Part shown: positions 56,464 to 64,000 of the stretch, piece after piece
How positions within the stretch are numbered: the stretch's first letter is position 1
Layout of the letters: every line of letters starts with the position of its first letter
From: an uncultured Prevotella sp.
GTDB taxonomy: Bacteria > Bacteroidota > Bacteroidia > Bacteroidales > Bacteroidaceae
Direction: 5' to 3'
Assembly: GCA_900317545.1 (NCBI GenBank)
Contig: ONHE01000056.1
Span: 4,101 to 68,100 of the forward strand
DNA: 64,000 bases
Notes under the pieces: generated by a model
Seen by the model: the letters and a program-made list of their open reading frames with translations, nothing else
Told to the model about the DNA's origin: nothing
Database searches by the model: none
Made by a program: the position numbers and the translations under genes

Positions 56464-58613
56464 AGCATTTTCACATTTTATTGACCTCGCTGGTCATTGT
56501 TGCGACAATCAGCGCACGAGGACAACAACGGCTTATCCAGATCCCGGCCGGCAGTTGGAAGTTGTCGCTGATGGTGGGTGCAGACCTGCGGTTGTACCAG
56601 TTAGGATGTGGCAGCGTGTCAGAGCAGGTGTTTTTGCCTGAAAAGACACCAGCACGTGAGCGTGAGTGGCTTCCGGCCTATGGTAACGGTTATGTAGCTG
56701 AACCCGCGGTGCAAGTGACCCACGCCGATGGCAATACCTCGCTCGACCTCTGCTATGTGAGACACCATCGGGAAGAGCTGCCTGATGAAGTGTCGCTGAC
56801 CAAGATTGAGATGAAGGATACACACTATGCGTTTTATGCTGACATATATGTCAAGGCTTACCGTCGCATGAATCTTATGGAGATTTGGACTGTCTATCGC
56901 AACGCCGAGCCCGGGGGCGCGGTAACGCTCAACCGCTTTGCCTCTGCTTCACCCCTCATTGATGGGCGCAGCTATTGGCTCACTCAGTTCAATGGACATT
57001 ACAAGCATGAGGCTACGATGGAGGAGGAGCGATTAGGCCGTGGTGTTAAGCAAATCGGCTCTACGCTTGGTGTGAGGAGTCACTACTATGTCATGCCTGC
57101 GGTCATGGTGTCGTGTGGCGGCCCGGCGTCAGAAGACAGCGGCGAGGTGTATGGCCTGGCACTGAGCTGGTCGGGCAACTTCCTTTTTGCCTTCGACCAC
57201 AACTGGTCAGGGGCTCTACGGATCATAGGCGGCATCAACCCGTTGGGAGGGCAGTATCGGCTGGACCGCGATAGCAGCTTGGTGACGCCGACATTGGTGT
57301 GGTGCCGTAGCAGCGAAGGCACAGGGACACTGAGCCGCAATTTGCATCGCTGGGCAGACCGATATGTGGTGCGCGATCCCGATCGTGACCGGCCTGTGCT
57401 GCTCAATAACTGGGAAGCAACGCACTGCGACTTCGATGAGCAACGGCTGACCAAGCTCTTCGACGGCGCTCGTCAAGTGAGGGCAGAGTTGTTCTTGCTT
57501 GATGACGGGTGGTTTGGAAATGACAGCTGTGCTCGCAATGACGACAGGCACGGACTGGGCGATTGGCAGGTGAATAGGAATAAGTTACCCCATGGATTGG
57601 GGTACTTGGCAAACGAGGCCCACAAGAGAGGATTGGGACTGGGTATCTGGCTCGAACCTGAAATGGTGAATCCTGCCAGCCAACTCTTCCAGGCTCATCC
57701 CAATTGGGTGATCCGACAGCCTTTTCGGGAGCCTATTCTCGGCAGACACCAAGAGATACTGGACCTCACGCGCCCCGAGGTCTATGCCTTTGAAAGGCAG
57801 ATATTCGCCGACGTGCTGGGACGTAATCCCGGCATAGGCTATGTGAAATGGGACTGCAACCGCTTTGTCACCCAACCCGGATCGTCGTACCTGCCAGCCG
57901 ACAGACAGAGTCATCTGCTGACAGATTATACCTTCAGGCTCTACAGTCTTATGGCCGACATGGTCCGACGTTACCCTAAGGTGATGGCAATGCTCTGCGC
58001 GGGCGGTGGGGGACGAGCCGATTATGGCTCAATGCGCTATTTTCACTCTTTATGGCCGAGCGATAACACCGACCCGATCGACCGTATTAAGATACAATGG
58101 GGCTTCGGCCACTTCTTTCCGGCTAAAACCTTGTCCGCGCATGTCACCCGAATGGGCAAGCGGCATTTAAAACTAGCTATTGACGTTGCGATGAGCGGAG
58201 CCTTTGGTATTGATCTGGCCATTGACCAGGCTACACAATTGGAACGCAGTCGGCTGGCGCATGCCGTGGATGTGTATAAGCGACAGGTGCGACCACTGGT
58301 AATGCACGGAGATCTCTATAGACTGCTGTCGCCCTACACTCACGATGTGGCGGCACTGAGCTACGTGGCACCCGATCGGCGTAGGGCCGTGGTCTACCTC
58401 TATCAGACGGGAGACTTGGCGCCCGGTCGTGTGTGCTTGAAGGGTCTTGATCCCGATGCACAGTATGTGGTGAGAGAACTTGATACTGCATGCACGGATA
58501 CCATCCACCTTGCTGACTGTCATGCCAGCGGATGCGAACTGATGTCTGCAGGGGTATCGGTGAGACTGAAGGAAAAATATGACAGTGCAATCTTAGAAAT
58601 CATACAGCTATGA
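56460..58613 (+). CDS. GH36 alpha-galactosidase
   Basis: LLNNWEAT, LDDGWFG, WLEPEMVN, YVKWDCNR, WPSDNTD. Confidence 0.93.
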   Translation: MKHFHILLTSLVIVATISARGQQRLIQIPAGSWKLSLMVGADLRLYQLGCGSVSEQVFLPEKTPAREREWLPAYGNGYVAEPAVQVTHADGNTSLDLCYVRHHREELPDEVSLTKIEMKDTHYAFYADIYVKAYRRMNLMEIWTVYRNAEPGGAVTLNRFASASPLIDGRSYWLTQFNGHYKHEATMEEERLGRGVKQIGSTLGVRSHYYVMPAVMVSCGGPASEDSGEVYGLALSWSGNFLFAFDHNWSGALRIIGGINPLGGQYRLDRDSSLVTPTLVWCRSSEGTGTLSRNLHRWADRYVVRDPDRDRPVLLNNWEATHCDFDEQRLTKLFDGARQVRAELFLLDDGWFGNDSCARNDDRHGLGDWQVNRNKLPHGLGYLANEAHKRGLGLGIWLEPEMVNPASQLFQAHPNWVIRQPFREPILGRHQEILDLTRPEVYAFERQIFADVLGRNPGIGYVKWDCNRFVTQPGSSYLPADRQSHLLTDYTFRLYSLMADMVRRYPKVMAMLCAGGGGRADYGSMRYFHSLWPSDNTDPIDRIKIQWGFGHFFPAKTLSAHVTRMGKRHLKLAIDVAMSGAFGIDLAIDQATQLERSRLAHAVDVYKRQVRPLVMHGDLYRLLSPYTHDVAALSYVAPDRRRAVVYLYQTGDLAPGRVCLKGLDPDAQYVVRELDTACTDTIHLADCHASGCELMSAGVSVRLKEKYDSAILEIIQL

Positions 58614-60631
58614 AACGACTTGTTCTTTTTTACCTGGGGCTATGCCTTTCGTTGTCTGCTATTGCAGGACAGGGGCATAGGTGGACCATCGCTCCCGATG
58701 GGGCCATCGTATGGAAAGTTGCTCAAGGGACCTCGCATGAAGACCATATAGAGATGAGCGGACAGATGATATCGGTGGTGCTCCGCTATGGTGTGACGGC
58801 GTTGGGACAGTGGAAACTCGACCGTAGCCTGGTGTTGCCCATGCTTAGGATGAAACCTAACAAAACGCAGAATCATCTGCAGCAACGCATCGATGTTGAC
58901 ATCGCCACTGCAGTGACACCTGGTCAGCAGATGTTGCTTGATGAGCGAGTTGAGGAAGTGAGGCTCGATGGCCGTATGCGTGTAGAGAGTACCTTTAGCT
59001 GCATGTACCGGCGCAAGCGCGTGCCACGGTCGGTGGGGCTCACGCGACTATGCTATCCCTCGGCCACTAAAGCATGCTATCTGGAGGAATATATCTACCG
59101 AAACCTCACTGATCACGATATTGAGTTGCGGGTGCCACAACTGAGGCTCTGCTACGACACACCGGAAAAGCAGGGCGTATATGGGGGCTACAGAGTAGAT
59201 GTGGCGTTGTCGCGTCATGGCTCTTTCACGCTGGCTCCTCACGACTCGCTCTCGTTCTGTGCTTTGTTCCGTGCCCGGCGTATCGCTGACGGCCAACCGG
59301 CAGACATCGACATTGTTGCCGAACGACAGGCACGAGCCGATCTGCTGCGCCAGTGGCACGATAATCTGGTGCTCGAAACGCCTGACACCGTACTCAACAC
59401 GATGTTCGCTTTTGCCAAAATCAGGGCTGCTGAGAGCATTTACCGTACTAAGGGCGGATTGATGCACGGCCCGGGGGGCGAAGCCTACTATGCTGCCATC
59501 TGGGCGAATGACCAAGCCGAATATATCAACCCATTCTTCCCGTTTTTGGGATACGACATCGGCAACCAGTCGGCACTTAATGCCTTCCTGCACTTCGCTC
59601 GATATATGAATGCAGACTACAAGGCGTTGCCCAGCTCGATAATTGCTGAGGGTACGGGAGTCTGGCATGGGGCAAAGGACCGGGGCGATGCGGCTATGAT
59701 TGCCTATGGGGCGGCACGCTATGCGCTGGCTCGAGGCGATGCAGCTGAAGCTAAGCGACTGTGGCCGCTTGTCAGCTGGTGCCTGGAGTATTGTCGCCGA
59801 CAACTCACCTCGGACGGCGTAGTGGCTTCGAACAGCGATGAACTTGAGAACCGGTTCCCGGCCGGGAATGCCAACCTTTGCACGTCGAGTCTCTACTACG
59901 ATGCTTTGCGCTCAGCGGTGATGCTGGGACGGGAACTGCGCGTGCGCCCCGATTCTCTGGAAGCATACCAACGTCAGGCACAGGCTCTCGAGACTGCCAT
60001 CGAGCACTACTTCGGCTACACCATCGAGGGCTATCACAGCTATCGTTACTATGCGGGTAACGAAGTGCTGAGGTCGTGGATCTGCATACCGCTGACCATG
60101 GGTATCTATACCCGCGCCAAAGGCACAATTGACGCCCTACTGTCACCCCGGTTGTGGACAGGAAACGGTCTGCTGACACAGGCTGGTACTGACACCTATT
60201 GGGACCGGGCCACACTCTACGCGCTCCGGGGGATCCTGGCAGCGGGCGAGACCAAGAGGGGCCTGCCCTTGTTGCATGACTATTCGGCGACACGGTTGCT
60301 GGGAGAACATGTGCCTTATGCCATAGAGGCATGGCCTGAGGGCGATCAGCGCCATCTCTCGGCCGAAAGCGGACTCTACTGCAGAATCATGACCGAAGGG
60401 CTCTTCGGCATTCGGCCCACGGGGCTGGCAACCTTTGATCTGACTCCCAGATTGCCTGAAGGTTGGTCGCACATGGCCTTGCGCCATGTCAGGGCATTTG
60501 GGCACGACTTCGACATAGAGGTGCGCCGCAAGAGAGCACTGCTCGTGGTGACCATTGACGATGCGGCGGCGGGCATTCATCTGCGACGCATTGCCAAAGA
60601 AGGGCATTCTCTGCACATCAGATTGAGCTGA
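58610..60631 (+). CDS. Secreted six-hairpin glycosidase-like protein, family unassigned
   Basis: Signal peptide; YYAAIWANDQAEY, DRGDAAM, SDELENRFP, HLSAES; GH65/78-like C-terminus GLFGIRP..PRLP..W. Confidence 0.75.
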   Translation: MKRLVLFYLGLCLSLSAIAGQGHRWTIAPDGAIVWKVAQGTSHEDHIEMSGQMISVVLRYGVTALGQWKLDRSLVLPMLRMKPNKTQNHLQQRIDVDIATAVTPGQQMLLDERVEEVRLDGRMRVESTFSCMYRRKRVPRSVGLTRLCYPSATKACYLEEYIYRNLTDHDIELRVPQLRLCYDTPEKQGVYGGYRVDVALSRHGSFTLAPHDSLSFCALFRARRIADGQPADIDIVAERQARADLLRQWHDNLVLETPDTVLNTMFAFAKIRAAESIYRTKGGLMHGPGGEAYYAAIWANDQAEYINPFFPFLGYDIGNQSALNAFLHFARYMNADYKALPSSIIAEGTGVWHGAKDRGDAAMIAYGAARYALARGDAAEAKRLWPLVSWCLEYCRRQLTSDGVVASNSDELENRFPAGNANLCTSSLYYDALRSAVMLGRELRVRPDSLEAYQRQAQALETAIEHYFGYTIEGYHSYRYYAGNEVLRSWICIPLTMGIYTRAKGTIDALLSPRLWTGNGLLTQAGTDTYWDRATLYALRGILAAGETKRGLPLLHDYSATRLLGEHVPYAIEAWPEGDQRHLSAESGLYCRIMTEGLFGIRPTGLATFDLTPRLPEGWSHMALRHVRAFGHDFDIEVRRKRALLVVTIDDAAAGIHLRRIAKEGHSLHIRLS

Positions 60632-60683
60632 GCAGGGGATGGAGTAACAAACAGCACACTGCCTCAAACCAGGCGGGAAACGG

Positions 60684-60744
60684 CTTGCATCCCGGATGCA
60701 AGAACATATATTAACAGTATGACACTTGCGTCATTTGATGCAAG
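60684..60744. repeat. Two related short palindromes between convergent operons
   Basis: CTTGCATCCCGGATGCAAG (60684-60702) and CTTGCGTCATTTGATGCAAG (60725-60744). Confidence 0.6.
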
Positions 60745-60950
60745 CTCGAAACAGGGAGGAAACTGGCCCCGGCTTGGGGAAGTCGAGGCTTTGTTTGATG
60801 CTTTACATTTTTATCCAGGATCGGTCATTAGCGTCCGAACTGATGTTGTTCGATGGCAGACAAGAAGTCCCGCAAGCAGGTGAAAGCAGTCGGAAATCAT
60901 GAAATGATAAGAATCAATGTACCCCTGCCGTCTAATGAACTGATTTGGTC

Positions 60951-63362
60951 TTATAGGTCGACATGGAGGAAAGCGGGCGGCACGCTGTCGCTGTCTCTCA
61001 GGCGCACGCTTACCACTGCAGCCCGTCCCTGCGGAAGCAGGCGGATGTGGGCGCGGCCGTTGGCCAGCTGGATGACCCTTGAGCCTCGTGTGGTGCCTTG
61101 GCAGGTAAGCAGCAGACCGGGCAGGGTGGAGCCGAACTCGACCACCTGGTTGGCATCGAGGCAAATGCGGCCGATGCTGTCGATGAGCACGGCCTCTGCC
61201 ATGGAATCACCCTCAGCCGTAGTGATGAGTGACAGCTTCAAGGCATGGGGCTTGCCCCAGGAACCCGACTGGTAGGACAGATGCAGGGTGTCGGCAATAA
61301 TGCGCCCTTGATGGCGAGAGACGGCAACAACGATGTTGGGACCCTCGTCGAAGACACATTGCCAGGACAGTCCGGAGGCCGGAAACTTGTCGATATTGCG
61401 ATGACGGATGCCCTGCGAACGGCCGTTGAGAAAGAGTTCCACGGTGGGGCAGTTGGCATAGACCAGCACCTCGCGCGCCTGCTTGGGAGCACCCCAGCGC
61501 ACTGGCCAGCTGTGACCGTAGATATGCACCATCGGTTCGGTGGCCCAATACGACTGGAAGACATAGTAGCTCTCTTTGGGCGTACCGTCGCGTTCCACTA
61601 CGCCTTTCTGGTTGACATATGGAATGGGATTGTCCGGGCGCAATGGGGTGGAGAAGTCTTTGAATGTCCAGAAGGCACTGCCCGTGAGCCAGGGCATGTG
61701 CTGTTGTTCATGCAGATGCCAGTCGAAGAGTTTGACGATGTAGGTCTCTGACCAGTCGCCGTTGCGGTCGCCGTTACTGATGGGCTCCTGGCAGTCTTCG
61801 GCATGTCTGCCGGCATGGCTGTCACCGCCCCACTCAGCATGAAGAAAATGGGTGTTAGTGTCGAACGCCTCTCGTGTCATAGCGGTGTAGTCGGTATATC
61901 GGTTCTTATACCATCCGGCCCAAATGGAGGGGGAATAAACATCGACGAGGTCGCGGGCGAAGTCGCACCTGCGTATGCAGGTCTTGCGCACTGGATCAAG
62001 CTGGTGGGCTATTTTGTTGAGCGTGGTCATCATTTGCCGGATGCTGTCTTGGCTGAATGTGGGGAAGTCGCCGGGCCAGTCGTTCTCATTGCCCAGTCCC
62101 CAGAGGATGATGGACGGGTGATTGTAGTGCTGGTCAATCATATTGCGCAGCATGTCTCGGGCCTGCTGTTGGTAGGCCTCGGCGCCTAATCCGCCTCTGC
62201 ACCATGGAATCTCTTCCCAGACCATCAGGCCGAGCGAGTCACAGAGCTGCAACACACGGTCAGACTGCTGGTAGTGTCCTAACCGGATGAAGTTGGCACC
62301 CATAGCCTTGATCTGCCGCATCTCGCGTAGGGTCATCTCGTCGGTGAGGGCTGCGCCCACGCCGGCATGGTCTTCATGGCGGTGGGTGCCGCGCAGTAGA
62401 AGGCGCTGTCCGTTGAGTAGGAATGGACCCTTGTCTATGAACTCAAAGGAGCGGAAACCGAAGTGCTGACGGTCGACCATGGTGTCGATGCCACTGATGA
62501 GCGTCACCTCGCAGGTGTAGAGCTTGGGTGTCAGTGGACTCCAGCGCTGCATCCCACGCACGCTGATGTCGCAGATCTGAACACGAGGCGAGGCGTCGCT
62601 CACAGCCTTGGCTGGCGAGGTGTAAAGCTCACGGCCATCGGGATCGAGAATCTTCACGGTGATCTTGGCGCGGCTGCCCTGCGGTGCACGGGTGTCGACC
62701 CTGACGTCAACGGTGCCACGATGTCCCGATTGTGGTGTGGCATCTATCTTAACCCGTTCAAGTGAAACCTGCGGCACATATACCAGATTGAGGTGACGGT
62801 AGATGCCGCCGTAAAGGTTGAAATCGGACATGTCTGACGGGATGAACTGGGTGTCGCGACTGTTATCGCATCTTACTGCGATGGGGATTCGTCCGTGGAA
62901 CTGACGACGGCAGGTCTCGGTGCGCGCAAACCGTTCCACGGCATCGGTGATGTCGGCCTTCCATTGGTCATAACCTCCGGTGTGGGTGGCTACGAGCGTG
63001 GTGTAGACATAGACCTGCGTCTTTTGGCCGGCCCCTTCAAACTCAAGATAGGTGCGGCCCTGATGGTAGGGGTTGTTCACGTCCAGTGTCGTGCGGTACC
63101 AAGCCGGCCCCTGATAGTAGTTGACGTCGGGGGCTACGGCATCCTCAGCATTGTAGCAGTGAGGCAGCGTCACATTCTGCCACAGCGGCACGCTCTCCGG
63201 CTTTCCGGCATTAGCCTGTCGGACAGCTTCCCATACATTGCCCAAGTCGCCGCGCAAAAATTGCCATCCGGTGGCCAGCCGCTGCCGTTGTTGGGTGGGA
63301 ATGAGAGCTGCTGCATGGAGAACGGCTGTCAGCAGCATGGCACTAATCAATATTCGTTTCAT
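60951..63362 (-). CDS. GH2 beta-glycosidase
   Basis: LEFEGA, YGGIYR, GTHRHED, GANFIRLGHY, NHPSIILWGLGNE (acid/base), AEWG (nucleophile), NQKGVV. Confidence 0.93.
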   Translation of the reverse strand: MKRILISAMLLTAVLHAAALIPTQQRQRLATGWQFLRGDLGNVWEAVRQANAGKPESVPLWQNVTLPHCYNAEDAVAPDVNYYQGPAWYRTTLDVNNPYHQGRTYLEFEGAGQKTQVYVYTTLVATHTGGYDQWKADITDAVERFARTETCRRQFHGRIPIAVRCDNSRDTQFIPSDMSDFNLYGGIYRHLNLVYVPQVSLERVKIDATPQSGHRGTVDVRVDTRAPQGSRAKITVKILDPDGRELYTSPAKAVSDASPRVQICDISVRGMQRWSPLTPKLYTCEVTLISGIDTMVDRQHFGFRSFEFIDKGPFLLNGQRLLLRGTHRHEDHAGVGAALTDEMTLREMRQIKAMGANFIRLGHYQQSDRVLQLCDSLGLMVWEEIPWCRGGLGAEAYQQQARDMLRNMIDQHYNHPSIILWGLGNENDWPGDFPTFSQDSIRQMMTTLNKIAHQLDPVRKTCIRRCDFARDLVDVYSPSIWAGWYKNRYTDYTAMTREAFDTNTHFLHAEWGGDSHAGRHAEDCQEPISNGDRNGDWSETYIVKLFDWHLHEQQHMPWLTGSAFWTFKDFSTPLRPDNPIPYVNQKGVVERDGTPKESYYVFQSYWATEPMVHIYGHSWPVRWGAPKQAREVLVYANCPTVELFLNGRSQGIRHRNIDKFPASGLSWQCVFDEGPNIVVAVSRHQGRIIADTLHLSYQSGSWGKPHALKLSLITTAEGDSMAEAVLIDSIGRICLDANQVVEFGSTLPGLLLTCQGTTRGSRVIQLANGRAHIRLLPQGRAAVVSVRLRDSDSVPPAFLHVDL

Positions 63363-63365
63363 AGG

Positions 63366-64000
63366 TCAGAATCCTGTTGAGGTGGATGAGTTTGCTATTT
63401 TGCGGTTCAGCGCTTCAAGATAATAGTAGTCAGCGTAGTTCAGCGGCTTGTCTACCTCGCTGTTGCTGGGACGCGACCCCACCGAGTGGAGCAACAGGAA
63501 GCCGTAGTGGGTACCTGTCGCAGCACGGTAGTAGCGGGTGAGACTATTCATGATATGGTCGGCATACTGCTCATAACGCATGGCTTGGGCGCGGGGCACA
63601 TAGCGGCTCAACTCGTAGAGGGCCGAGGCTACGATGGACGCCGCCGAGGCATCGCGCTGAGTATTGGGAATCTCTGGACATTTCATGTCCCAATAGAAGA
63701 TGCTGTCGGCCGGCATCGGAAGGGTCATGATGAAGTCGGCGATATGGCGGGCCTGATTCAGATAGGTTTCCTGACGGGTGTAACGGTAGCACAGGGTGTA
63801 ACCGTAGAGTCCCCATCCCTGCCCGCGACTCCAATAGGAATCGTCGGCCCATCCTTGATGGGTGCAGCGTGTGCGCACATTGCCGGTGATAGAGTCGTAA
63901 TCGACAACGTGGAACGACGAATAGTCATCGCGGAAGTGATGCTTCATCGTGGTGTTGGCATGACTCACGGCAATATGATGATAGGTGGAGTCGCCTGTGA
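63366..64000 (-). CDS. GH88 unsaturated glucuronyl hydrolase (5' end outside the window)
   Basis: HFRDDYSSFHVVDY, HQG..DDS.WSRGQGW..YG, RDASAASI, YADYYYLEAL; the frame stays open to the window edge. Confidence 0.92.
   Translation of the reverse strand, partial: TGDSTYHHIAVSHANTTMKHHFRDDYSSFHVVDYDSITGNVRTRCTHQGWADDSYWSRGQGWGLYGYTLCYRYTRQETYLNQARHIADFIMTLPMPADSIFYWDMKCPEIPNTQRDASAASIVASALYELSRYVPRAQAMRYEQYADHIMNSLTRYYRAATGTHYGFLLLHSVGSRPSNSEVDKPLNYADYYYLEALNRKIANSSTSTGF

Overview
Bacteroidota window, most likely Prevotella-like (TAnnTTTG promoters, SusC/SusD pairs, Prevotella-type C-terminal secretion tail). It has three blocks. (1) 540-4117: a large secreted adhesin-like protein co-transcribed with a small YxxP peptide, then a DoxX gene. 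(2) 4389-16879: an arsenic and metal resistance block: arsR, a frameshifted arsF-like gene, arsG-like, two thioredoxin-fold genes, arsD with a Cys-rich tail, arsA, acr3 (no arsC), a CusA/CzcA-TolC fusion with its adaptor, and a split LysO. (3) 17140 to beyond 64000: a polysaccharide utilization locus (PUL) of more than 46 kb. It has one hybrid two-component sensor (HTCS), two divergent SusC/SusD pairs, GH29 x2, GH95, PL8, a PL38-like lyase, a jelly-roll lyase, GH88, GH28 and a GH28-like protein, GH97, GH31, GH36, GH2 and several unassigned proteins. No sulfatase lies in the window. The strongest candidate for a new system is this PUL: its enzyme set fits a non-sulfated fucose/alpha-galactose/uronic-acid bacterial exopolysaccharide of the colanic acid type (inference). 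Three of its promoters share a direct repeat with a 21-bp period at identical spacing, and a fourth has one half-site; this is a putative HTCS operator. No rRNA, tRNA, CRISPR array, transposase or integrase was recognised. Family calls come from recognising motifs, not from database searches.
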